This document shows positions 51,736-64,000 of a DNA stretch of 64,000 bases, piece by piece (positions within the stretch are counted from its first letter, which is position 1; the number at the start of each line of letters is the position of its first letter). The position numbers and the translations under genes were made by a program. The notes beneath the pieces were generated by a model. The model did not search any database, had not been told where the DNA came from, and was given only the letters and a program-made list of their open reading frames with translations. The DNA comes from Octopus sinensis (taxonomy: Eukaryota), in assembly GCF_006345805.1 (NCBI RefSeq), contig NC_043011.1, positions 45,024,464 through 45,088,463 on the forward strand, written 5' to 3'.

Positions 51736-52960
51736 AGATGATTAATGGACGGGGACACACACACAAATACACATGCACACATACACACATGCTTGCAAAG
51801 GGTAGCAGGGATTGTTAGTAGAGGCATTGGTAGTGTTTTATTGAATACCATAAAATTAACGAAGCTGTTCGTCTGGTTCCATGTCTACCTACTGGCAGCC
51901 TAACGTCACTACACCTGTAATTAGCAAACACATGCTAGTGTGGTGGTGGTAGTGGTGTTGTGCTGTGACAGACATGGTTATTGCTCTGGTTTCATTCTTC
52001 CTCTCTTTCTCTGTCTCTCTCTTACATTCCTGCATTTGTGTAGTATGTGGTGGTGGTGGTGGTAGTGGTGGTGGTATTGTCTTTTAATTGTAGTTATTGT
52101 TACTGTTGTATGTGTAGGTGATGGTGGTATGTTGTGTGCCAGGTGGTAGTAGTGGAGATCTCTGTATAATGCCCTACTTAATGTTTTAGAGCTGTGTGCG
52201 CATGAGTAGAGGTTACCCATCGACAACTGAAACAAAAAGGTAGAGGTGATGGGGAGGAAAGAGGGTAGCACATTGCTTTGTGGGGCTTTTGTTTCCTTTT
52301 TTTTCTTTTTGCTGAATTAGTGAAATAATTACAAATGTATGTTTTTAGTATCTCTCTCCCCCCTCTATCTATCAATCTATCTATATTTATTTATTTATCT
52401 TTTTTTCCCTACCTCCCTATCTATCTCTCTATCTATATCTATCTATCTGTCTGTCTGTGTTTATCTATATTTGTCTACAAGGGGTTGCTGAACAGTTCCT
52501 GGTTTCAGGTAAAAGAAAATACAGGAGGATCAATTAATTATGATTTTATTCAACACATTCCCTTCTCAGGTTCACACACTCAGTGCAGTGGTTCTCCAGT
52601 TTTTTTAAGCCCTATAAAAGAACTCAGAATGTCGGGCCTCCAACCCAGTTGTTTGCAATATCCTTAAAACCAGGAACTTTTCATCTACCCCTCATATCTA
52701 TATCTGTCTGTGTTTATCTATACTTGTTTATATATCTACTTATCCTCCTGCCCCTCTTTAATGAGACAAACTTAACACTTCAAACTTTTTGATATCAGTT
52801 TTGACGTTTCCAGTGTTTATGAATTCCAGTTCCATGTAGCATATGTCCACCCCTTCACCACCAATGCCCAGTCCTTTCTGGGATCACTGACCTTACTTTG
52901 AACTGTCTGTCTGTCTACCATGTAGTTTTACTTTCCAGTCATTAGATCTGTCTATAAGGA

Positions 52961-53148
52961 TTAACCCTTCAGCATTTAATCTAGCCATATCTGGCCTAAA
53001 TATTCAATCTGTTTTCTGTTCAGACCAGCCAGATGCAGCCTCTCACACCTACCCTAAAATGTCATTCAGCAAGATAATGCTTGATTAATTCAAAACAATT
53101 TGAATAAATAAGGATTACGTTTGACAGAGTAATCTGAATGTTAGTTAA
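52961..53148. mobile_element. TTAA MITE family 2
   Basis: ttaacccttcagcattt..ccagat.cagcctctcacacctaccct..gattaattcaaaac..aatctgaatg; related copies at about 11500-11650, 15720-15910 and 43940-44160 (inverted). Confidence 0.7.
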
Positions 53149-53211
53149 ATCCATTTCAGACATGACCATCTCATCTTTCATTCAGAATGTATCTTGGACA
53201 ATGTTATCCAA

Positions 53212-53610
53212 GGAGTAGCTGTGTGGTAAGTAGCTTGCTTACCAACCACATGGTTCTGGGTTCAGTCCCACTGTGTGGCACCTTGAGCAAGTGTCTTTTA
53301 CTATAGCCTCGGGCCGACCAAAGCCTTGTGAGTGGATTTGGTAGACGGAAACTGAAAGAAGACCATCGTATATATATATGTGTGTGTGTGTGTGTGTATA
53401 TATGTGTATGTGGGTGTGTTTGTCCCCCCCAACATCACTTGACAACCAATGATGGTGTGTTTACATCCCCATCACTTAGCAGTTTGGCAAAAGAGACCGA
53501 TAGAATAAGTACTAGGCTTACAAAGAATAAGTCCTGGGGTCGATTTGCTCAACTAAAGGCGGTGCTCCAGCATGGCCACAGTCAAATGACTGAAAGAAAT
53601 AAAAATAGTA
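53212..53610 (+). mobile_element. SINE family A, full length
   Basis: Colinear with 22742-23135 along its whole length. Confidence 0.92.
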
Positions 53611-54206
53611 AAAAGAAAAAAGAGTAACTTTTCTTTCTTTAAGATCAGTAAGTTGTGATTTGAAGGAGTTGGCTGTTATGACTAACTAATAATGTACCAC
53701 ATATAAAAGTACTTCACTGGCTAATGTGTGTGTATATGTGTGTCTGAATGTTTCATCATATTAACATTTGCTTCTAAATGAAGTGGTGGGTTGTACAGGT
53801 CTGCCCAACACAGTGTACTTCTATTTTGTCTCAGTGAGGCCCAACACACTGAGCATTGCTTTCCCCACCTCTGTATCGATCAAGGCTACTTTCTGCTCTT
53901 GATGTGTGCTACTTATTTACATAGCAATTATAGAATCATTCGAGTAGCAAACAAGATATCTTGTGCTATTTGTTCTCGCTCTTAACATTCTGTGTTCAAA
54001 CCCTGCCTGGGTCACTTTGCCTCTTACTTTTTCAAGATCAGTAAAATAATTTAGCAGTGGGGGTGGATTTAATCAACTAACCTCTTCTCTTAAATATGTT
54101 ATCTTGTTATCATGTGTGAACCATTATAACACCCACTCATGCATATACACGCACATTCATGCATATAACCAACACAATGCCAATCATCATCAACATACAT
54201 ATATAC

Positions 54207-54240
<34 letters not shown>

Positions 54241-54369
54241 TATATATATATATATAAATACACACACACTATGCATACATGTATGCACACGTGCATGTAT
54301 GTGTGCATTTGTAATATATAGTAATATATATACTGGAGTAAGCACAAAGACAAATTGAACATTTAGTGA

Positions 54370-54810
54370 GCTTTATTTAATAACCAGTTGATCTAGCAAG
54401 TGGGGTCTCATATCAGTGGGGGCGTGGGGGCTGGTGCACATTGATGCCGTCAAGAGGTAGGCCCCGAAATGGCATGCATTCTCTCCTGATGACCCATGCA
54501 CTTGCTGGCATCCGGTATGCGGAGTTCTTGACAGGTAGCTCTTGCATGTGCAAGTTCTTTGCAAGACATATAGGTTTTGAATTCCAGAAGGATGTAGATG
54601 TGGTTAGGAAGGATTGGGTATGAAGTTTAGTATTCAGTTTGTGAAGATCACTCACAGGAGAGGTGACTAAACAAGAGTGGAGGATCAGGTTGATGGTTGT
54701 TTGCTACTCATTTTGGCAGTGGTTCAGAAGAACAGCAACCATTGTAGTAGCAGTGGAAGTGAGGTGACACAACACACCAGTGTGTCAGTGATATTGAAGA
54801 GTTAAAAGTT
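54370..54810 (-). pseudogene. CR1/L2-group LINE 3' end with 3' UTR
   Basis: HFHCYYNGCCSSE and TKLHTQSFLTTSTSFWNSKP resemble LFYRYY.G.CS.EL and SF.PRT..LWNSLP; ends near aataaa. Confidence 0.7.
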
Positions 54811-55324
54811 TGTCTATCAGATAGATTCTTTTATTTATGTCTAGACTGTGTGTGTGTGTGTATGTTTTCTTTTTATCAGTCTGAAAGACAACTATAAGGT
54901 GCAACAACAAAGGCGACAGCTGATCTAATGGAACCTGTATCTAGTCACTTATCCTGCTAGAAATCACAGCCAAATTTCATTCGAATCCCACACCTGTACT
55001 ATCAGATGATATAGTTCTGGGTTCTATGCAGGGGGAGAAAATGTTGACATGCTCATGGTTGGAATGTCCTTAATTAATCCTGACCTGGGGCTAAACAACA
55101 ACAATATTAATAATACTAATGATAGTAGTAGTATTGATGATGATGATGATAACAGCAACAGCTGTAGTTGCTCGTCTGGATAATCTATATAACATTATGA
55201 TGATTCTTTTTTTTTCTGTATGGTGAGACACAAACACATTTATTCACATACAATGACTTATACACACACACTGTACAGCTATGCCACCCCTTCTTTCTCC
55301 TGTCTTCCTTTTCCACCCCATCCT

Positions 55325-55418
55325 GCACATTTTACATATACACGTGTGTGTATATATGTATGTATACACATATTTTCCTCCCACCCTTGCACATTTTACA
55401 TATACACGTGTGTGTATT

Positions 55419-55450
<32 letters not shown>

Positions 55451-55508
55451 ATATATATATATATATATGTATGTATGTATATATAGGTATGTATATATAT
55501 ATGTATAT

Positions 55509-55545
<37 letters not shown>

Positions 55546-55675
55546 ATATATATATATATATATGTATACACATGTATGTATGTATGTATACACATGTATG
55601 TATGTATGTATACACATGTATGTATGTATGTATACACATGTATGTATGTATGCACATATGTACGTATACATATAC
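55325..55675. repeat. (TA)/(TATG) compound microsatellite
   Basis: Direct reading. Confidence 0.95.
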
Positions 55676-57556
55676 TCATATTCATTTGTAACAAACACTT
55701 TTAAGATCTAAAAATAAGGAGATAACAGGAATTGAACTATTGATCTCTTAACGCAACCCACCATATTGAGTTTTATGTCAAATTTTCTTCTGTGAAATTC
55801 TGTACGAGCATTTTTCTGTTATAGAGAGACACTGCAACTGTAAACCCCAAATCTTCATACTTTCTAAGCTTCTAACACTTTGCTTGGTAACTAAGCAGGG
55901 GCTGACAGAAACTATTATCAAAACTGAGTTAGAATACACCGCACTGAAGAGTTCTAATAAGACTGGAATAAACCTACAGTTGTCATGTTATTTACCACTT
56001 ATCAGACTAACTACTCCTTGTGTGCCATCATGTAATTTGTAATTTGGATTCAAAATTATCTCCCTTGCATTTCTTGATAAGAATTATGAACACTAATTTT
56101 TTTTTCTTCATTATCGGTTATTCTAATTTTTTTTTTTAATTATTTGTTTACTGCATTAAATTTCTGTCTGCACCTAACTATGTATTTCTTCATGCAGAAG
56201 GCATGTCTTGGAGATGTCTAAAATAACAGATGCTAAAGTCAGGAGGAGATAGTCTCTTGATATGGCGTATAAATTAGATTTATCTCCCCTTACAACACAC
56301 ACACACACTCCTGGGAGAATGTTATAAATAGCTGGAGTTTTTTGTTATTGATACAAACAGTAGGTTTGTAATCAACAACTTCTGCAAGCAATCCAACGGT
56401 CAAATGTACTGACCAGTGGCTGTTTAGCAATAAGCATCAATGGTTGAATGGTCAGAAGATGTGTGTTGTTGTTATTGTTGTTCTTACTGTTGTACTGTAT
56501 TACTGTCACTTCCATTACCTTTCAAACTGATAAATACTGCTCTCTCTCTCTCTCTCCATATAAACACAAAGGAAGCACTCAATACATGATGTAGAGTATA
56601 TATTTGTAACCAAGCAGTTAAAGACCACCGTGAATATTACTCAGAATGCTAAAATTTTCAGGAGACAATTCTGTGAAGCATAGCCATCTGAACGATGAAA
56701 CATTTGTCTATGTCTATAAAAACTCAGAGAAAACTGTAGGAGCCCTTCACTATTAAACAACATGCATAGATATAAATATATATATAAATATACACACATA
56801 TCCACACACACACACATTCATACTTGGCCTACAAAGAAGTCAACAGTAAATGAATTTTTTTTTTTTTATATTGAATAATACTGATAAACTTATGGGATTT
56901 CTATCGATTTACACACACACACACACTGTTAATCTAATAGCGCTATACACCTATTATTGAGTATGCGTGTATATGCTTATATGAATACACACAAACACAC
57001 ACACGCTCAAGCTATTTTTAGTAGGTAGTGTGCACCTCTTAATCAAAGCCGCTTTCCATAAAACACCAGCATCATCAACTATGCACACACACACACGCAC
57101 GCACGCACGCACACACACACACACACAAAACTACTCTTTATTTGGCTGAATATTTTTTTTTTTCTGTTCATTGCTGCTTTCAGCTGGATTTCCTTTGATC
57201 CTCAATATAATATTTTCCATATACAAACGTATATATTACATATATATATAATGTAATATATACGTTTGTATATTGTGTGTGTGTATATATATATATATAC
57301 ACATACACATACACTCACACAAATATACAGAGAGACGCATAGTGACATGATATATCTATATACAGACTAAGATGTGTGTGTGTGTGTGTGTGTGTGTGCA
57401 TGTGTACTCATACACACACTAGACATGTATGTACACACGAAACAGTCATCAATAACCACAGTCCCTTATTGTTTGTTTGTTTGTATTGATCTGGTCTGAG
57501 GTTTTATGTTACATAACACACACATACACTCGCATACTAATCTGTTTAACACACAT

Positions 57557-57590
<34 letters not shown>

Positions 57591-57697
57591 ATTGAGAGAG
57601 ATACACAAGTATAATCTCTCTCTCTCTCTCATAATTTTTTCATCAAGTCTGGGGTCTTGCTCTTGTGTCACGCACACACACATAATTCATAAACAAA

Positions 57698-57753
<56 letters not shown>

Positions 57754-59214
57754 CATACACACAGACACACCCTCATATAGACGCAATCATTTGCATGTGT
57801 AACTGTACTTATACACCTCTCCATAACACATTTTATCACTTTTCTCTGGTTCTATTCATCAACATATATATATATATATTTACACACACACACACACACA
57901 CACACTGTACATGTATGCACACATGCATGTGTGTGCATTTGTTTGTAAACCCAAGATATGTATATATTAGTGTGTGTGTGTATATATAATGTAGATATTA
58001 ATGTAGACATGTACAAACACACATGCATCTGTGTATTTGAAAAATACTAAGTTATGAATACATACATATCATCACTGTATATTCTAGAATGTCCCATTAG
58101 TGTTGGTGGTAGTAGTAGTAGTAATAGTACTGGTTGTGGTAGTAGTATTGGTTGTGGTGGTGATGTTGGTGGTACATTGGTTGTTTTGGTAAAGTCAGAT
58201 GTCTTTTGGTAAAGACATGGCCCTCTATGAAAATGTTTTATATATACTTTTATATATAAATCTTCATTTTCCTTTCATACAACTACTGCTATCACAACCA
58301 CCAACACAACAACACCCTCTACTACTATAACCTTCTACACCACCAACACTTCTGCCAGTGCCGCTAAGACATGGAGTCTTATTAGACTTAGGCTGTATTA
58401 TCCATTTCTTGTGTTTCATTTTCAAGTTATCCCAGTTTTACAACACAGCATTTCTTCCATAATCAGCTTTTCTACTTCAAGCAAGATGTTACAGTAGTCT
58501 GAGGGAGGAGTTGGGGGTGGTGGCTCTGCAGAGGCTATGGGCATGCACCCATTTCCTTACACTACATAATAATGTCTTTGAAAGCTGCAGTGTCTCAGAT
58601 TTGAGTTGGTCTTTATAAGACTTTAAGTGCTGGCTTTTCCAACATCAGAACACTGTCCACTCACTCACTGTATGCGAGAAGCGAGTCGTGCTAGAAATGG
58701 AAGCCGAATTGCTCTCTCACCTTGAAAATAGGAGGGCACATTAGTTAATATAAACTGAAATACTGTGTCTAGTTGAAAGATGCTGTGGTGATGGTTGGAA
58801 CACATTCGATTGTTGATCTGCTAGTTTCTATGGCTGGATATGGATGTCTTCCAAATATTAATCACTTCACAAAGAGTACAGGGTGTCTTTTTTCATGGCA
58901 TCAGCACTTGTGAGATCACTTTGTATCTTGTTTTCCATGGCTGGACGCTCTTCATATAAACCAACCACTTTTTAGCATGTGCTGGGCAAATTTTTGTAGT
59001 ACCAGCACTTTTGTCAGCCCTATATGGTCTCCACCCATTTAGCAGTTACTTGACATTAGGTGCACTTTACTGTATCACCCAGCACTAACTAGGCCATATA
59101 CCATAGTAAAGTACATCCAGTGTGTGTGTGTGTGAGTGAGGGGGGTCCCCGTGTGTGTGTGTGCATATTTGTACATACATACAGTCTCTCTCTCTCACTC
59201 ACTCACACATATAT

Positions 59215-59630
59215 TCTAATGTGGCTGTGTGTTAAGATATTTGCTTCCCACCCACATGCTTGTGGGTTTAGTTCCGTTGTGTGAAACCTTGGGCAAGTGT
59301 CTTCTATTATAGCCCTGGGCTGAACAAAGCCTTGTGAAAAGATTTGGTTGACAGAAACTGAAAGAAGCAACAGAAACTAAGGTGGGGAGCTGGCAGAAAC
59401 GTTAGCACACCGGGCTAAATGCATAGTGGTATTTCGTCTGCTGCTATGTTCTAAGTTCAGATTCCGCCGAAGTCAACTTTTCCTTTCATCCTTTCGGGGT
59501 CGATTAAATAAGTACCAGTTACGCACTGGAGTCGACATAATCGACTTAATCCGTTTGTCTGTCCTTGTTTGTCCCCTCTGTGTTTAGCCTCTTGTGGGGA
59601 ATAAAGAAATAAGAAACTGAAAGAAGCCAG
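59215..59630 (+). mobile_element. SINE A interrupted by a full SINE B (about 59381-59611)
   Basis: Target duplication agaaactgaaagaagc at 59353-59368 and 59612-59627. Confidence 0.9.
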
Positions 59631-59679
59631 TTGTGTAAATACATATATTGCCTTTCACACAGTTTCATCTGGAAGGCGA

Positions 59680-59935
59680 TAGCACCAGATCCAGCCCTGG
59701 GTTGGCATAAGCAGAGGGGTGATCAGCTGAAGACGTGGCTTATGACAAAGCAGATATGGAACTCATTTCTGACCAGTAAGTCTTTGGTATTCGTTGCTGG
59801 AACCGGGAATGGCTTCAACATGCTACAGAATCAACCGCCAACAGATGTGCATGGATCACCTTGACCCGTGACACAGTGAACTCAACAGGAGCTGGCTTGA
59901 CCCTTCCCGAGAGAATGCTGTGTTGCAAGACAAAT
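59680..59935 (+). pseudogene. RTE-clade LINE 3' end
   Basis: PALGWHKQRGDQLKTWL, then after a frameshift DMELI..VFGIRCWNREW..ANRCAWITLTRDTVN; resembles the GWK..RGGQ.KTW / A.NR..W tail of SR2/SR3-like RTEs. Confidence 0.7.
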
Positions 59936-61124
59936 TTTATATACACACACACACACACACCTCTCCTTGTCTTGACATCATAAGGTAGTTGTAAAATGGT
60001 TGTTCTGTTATACAAGCAGTGTTGTTCATTTTCGATATTCTGCCAGAGCATGTCCTGGAAATGGGTATGGGTTGGCCACAGGAAGAGCATCCAGCCATAG
60101 AAATTTTGCCTCAATGAACTCTGTCCAATCCATATGAAAGTAAGGAGAAATGCATGTTAAAATGATGATATAAACCCACACATACACAGTGCACTGAGGT
60201 TATCATATCACAATAAGGGGTGGTGTAGTGACTGAGTTTTGATGCTGCTAAAGATGACTCGCACCACCATGCTATCATTGCAGGATAGCCCTCAGGAACA
60301 TGTTGACAGTGGCCACCAATACATATTGGTGTATTGAGGAAGGTCTGACTGACCTACATGTGGAAGAGATAATGCAGAGTAGTATCACATACAAAAGTCT
60401 AATAGCAGTAGTAGTAGTAGTAGCAGTTCCAAGAAGAGTGTTGAGTGTTGGAGGACCAAAGGTCATGTGATTTGTCGTCAGAATTGACAACAGGTGACCA
60501 GACAACTGAAGGAAGAGAGAGAGAGACTTAACTACCTTCCGTTTTAATTCCCCGCCTCACAGCTTGTTACTGTAATATATCTAATTTAAGCTTCTGCTAT
60601 CTGACTCATATTGGTGTCCTTGTGTGTGTGTGTGTGTGTGTCCTTAGGCCAGCTCTTACATACATTCTTACATGTTATTGTAACATTCTGTGTACATTTG
60701 CTTCAATTTCTGTGTCTGCCTCTGTGTGCATGCTTTGTAAATGAACAGGAGATGAGCTTAGAGAACATTAAAAGCCAGTCCTCATCATCACAACTGTCAC
60801 CCTAGTCCTACAAACCTTACAGAGCTAAGCCCCCATCTTCACCCTTCTAATACAGTAGACAATTATATATCGTCAGTTTCATAAACTCTGTAATCTTTTA
60901 GTCTGTTGTTTCAGTTACTGGGTTGTGACCATGCTGGGGCACTGCTTTGAAAGGTTTTAGTCGAATGAATCGACCACAGGACTTATTTTTAAAGCTTGGT
61001 ACTTATACTTATTCTATCGGTCTCTTTTTGCTGAACTGCTACAGGGACATAAACAAACCAATAATGATTGTTAATGTAGTGGTGGTGGTGGGGAAGACAA
61101 TCACACACACAGATATATATATAT

Positions 61125-61369
61125 ATCACCGTGACTGACCAGGCTATCAGATGTTGCTACACATTGCTGGTCACAATGCGTTTCACATTGTTTTAGCCTT
61201 TAAATGACGCCATCCCGCTGGCTAAGCGAGCAGGCCAAGATATGTATATATATATATATCACGTGACCGACCAGGCCATCAGATGTAGTTACACATCGCT
61301 GGTCACAATGCGTTCGCATTGTTTTAGCCTTCGAATGACGCCACCCCGCTGGCTAAGCGAGCAGGCCAA
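61125..61369 (-). mobile_element. Two tandem ~113-bp fragments of the SINE D type-1 tail
   Basis: 61125-61238 and 61258-61369; both stop at gcaggccaa and both sit in (TA)n. Confidence 0.85.
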
Positions 61370-61387
61370 TATATATATATATATATA

Positions 61388-61438
<51 letters not shown>

Positions 61439-61738
61439 CAGCATGGAAAGCGGACGCTAAACGATGATGATGATACACACACACATGTATTTACAATGGG
61501 CATTTTTCAGTTTCCATGTCCCAAATCCACTCACAGGTTGTTGGTTGACCCAGGGTTATAGTAGAAGACACTTGCCCAGTGGGACTGAACCTGGAACCGT
61601 ATGGTTGGGAACCAAACTTCCTACCACACGGCCATTTCACACCAATATTTACTATTACAGAAAACTAAACACTCATCTACAATTACTCTCTCTCTTGTTC
61701 CCTCACACTGCCGCTACCCTATATTTTACTCCTTCCAT

Positions 61739-61781
<43 letters not shown>

Positions 61782-63000
61782 GTTTGTTTGTCTCTAATTA
61801 ATCTGTCTCCCTCCTCCGCCCATCAACCGATCAATCAATATGTAGAATTATTTCAATATTTCTCACACAATGCTCCATACTTAAAAATATTCTGCAATTC
61901 CATTTTTGGTATGCACATGCATACCACATTGTGCATGGACTCAAACCCACATGCATAGACACACCCACATGCACTGTTTTGTTCTGGTCCCTTCTGGATT
62001 CTTTAATTCCATGCAGCCAAACTGGTTTCCATTTTCAAACTCTCATTATAAATACTCAGCCTTCATTTAGTCTTTCTCTGCCATCAGACCCTGGACTAAC
62101 GAGCTTGAGAAGACCATACCTATTTCCTTACTACCCACATGGAGTTAAACACAGAGAGGACAAACAAGGACAGACAAACGGATTAAGTCGATTATATTGA
62201 CCCCAGTGCATAACTGGTACTTATTTTATCGACCCCGAAAGGATGAAAGGCAAAGTCGACCTCGGCAGAGTTTGAACTCAGAACGTAACGGCAGACAAAA
62301 TACGGCTACGCATTTCGCCCAGCGTGCTAACGTTTCTGCCAGCTCGCCGCCTTCTACCACCCCAGGGCAAACAGTTATGTTTAGTTCTACTTGCATCTCT
62401 CTATCTTCTACCTACGGACACAGCCCTATCTCAAATATTACTCACACTCCTGTATAGGTGTGGACATGGCTGTTTAGTTAACTTTTATTTGGGTCAGTTA
62501 TTGGGCTACTATCATGCTGGAGCACCAAATTGAAGGGTTTAGCCCAACAAATTGACCCTAGTACATTTTTTCAAAGTCTAGTAATTGTTAGCGTCTTTTG
62601 CCGAACCACTAAGTTACAGGAATGGAAACAAACCAACACTGGTCATCAAGCAATGTGAGGGCGACAAAGATACATGTGTGCACACACACACGCACACACA
62701 AACACACACACACACCCTTTGGTCATGAATGACCATAGCATTGCATCTAGAAAGTTCCCTGTCTTGGTGAAAATCTGGGCATGGTTGTTTATGGAAGACC
62801 AACAGTCACCCCTGCAACTTGGCACCAGTGCTTTTGTTACCATATTTCTGTTCTACTACATTGCATTTTTTATTTCAATTAATTCTGGAAATAATAAAGC
62901 TTTTGGCAAAATATCTTGGTCACTCCTAAGCTGGTAACTGGTATATAGATTAACGAGGAATTTTCAAGGGAAATTTTGATTTAGATCACTTTATAAGCGA

Positions 63001-63292
63001 ACCATCCGCTCGCATCCGTTGCCAGCCTCGCCTGGCCCCCGTGCCGGTGGCACGTAAAAGCACCATCCGTTTGTGGCCGTTTGCCAGCTCCATCTGGCAC
63101 CTGTGCGGGTGGCACGTAAAAAGCACCCACTACACTCACGGAGTGGTTGGCGTTAGGAAGGGCATCCAGCCGTAGAAACACTGCCAGATCAGACTGGGCC
63201 TGATGCAGCCTTCTGGCTTCACAGACCCCAGTTGAACCGTCCAACCCATGTTAGCATGGTAAAAACGGACGCTAAATGATGATGATGATGAT
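63001..63292 (+). mobile_element. SINE family C, young copy
   Basis: Ends ccaacccatgttagcatgg..cggacgctaaatgatgatgatg. Older copies near 1395-1525, 9820-9990, 10690-10815, 11690-11900, 16800-17030, 46060-46330, 50760-50970, 60070-60170, 63900-64000. Confidence 0.88.
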
Positions 63293-64000
63293 TATATAGA
63301 AAGTTTCTGTCATAGAAGCAGGGGCAGTCTTGAGTGGGCTGGTATGAAAAGGATTAACAGTTGTCCATGGCAGGAATGCAAGAAGGTTTGTAATGATTCA
63401 TCTGGTGAGGAAGGGCCAAAAATTCAACAAGGAAATAGTGTTAAATATTTCGTAGTGGGACTAGGGTGGCAGCAGACACAAGAGGAGAAAGTAACTCAAT
63501 GCGCAAGCATTTTTGTGACTAGGAAAATGCAAAATAAACCAAATCATGTATCCAGTGAAGGGAAATCAAAATGTAAAAAAAAAATGTGAATCTTAGTCTG
63601 AGGTAAGAGGTTAGAACAAGCACACACACCCACACCACATATGCACAAACATGTGTATGCATGCGTGTGTGTGTGTGTGTTCATATATATATATATATAT
63701 ATATATAATAAACTGTCGCGTGCATCATGACTTGCATATTTATTAATAAAACATTCCGACAGATTCAGACATGAAAATGTAATTACTGTTGGGTACTTAT
63801 GAATTGCATGTGTTGAGACTGTTCTTTTGTGATGAACACAACAGCAATTAGCATATTCCCATTTTAATCAGCTAGATCATATTAAGAATGAATTTGCAAG
63901 TCATCATCTTGTGTGTGTGTGTGTCATCGTTATTTATGTTTTCTGTGTTAGCATGGGTTGGATGGTTTGGCAGGGACTGGCAAACCAGAAGATTGTGCCA

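Noticed and set aside
54413-54655. 80-aa ORF as a host exon
   Set aside because: Better explained as a CR1/L2 C-terminus reading into its 3' UTR.
56660-56760. Acceptor-like site followed by DNSVKHSHLNDETFVYVYKNSEKTVGALHY*
   Set aside because: Weak tract and no supporting similarity.

Overview
AT-rich, gene-poor, repeat-saturated animal genomic DNA. The SINE families and microsatellite load strongly suggest an Octopus genome (recognition from memory, not a database search). I could not support any host protein-coding exon. The ORF track is almost entirely microsatellite, minisatellite or SINE artefact. The window holds dozens of tRNA-derived SINE copies from at least 5 families, decayed fragments of RTE, CR1/L2, R4/Dong-type and Penelope-like retroelements, TTAA (piggyBac-like) and hAT MITEs, two Helitron-like copies, one HINE-like element, mini/microsatellites and one tRNA-like sequence. 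The best lead is a tRNA-Ser-like head joined to a Penelope-type terminal repeat with a hammerhead ribozyme core (38283-38525, sister fragment 44405-44556), possibly a Penelope-mobilised SINE. Other leads: two independent insertions of one SINE at the same site of another SINE, templated inserts at insertion junctions, and a consensus CTCF-like motif. Most repeat boundaries are approximate and read by eye.
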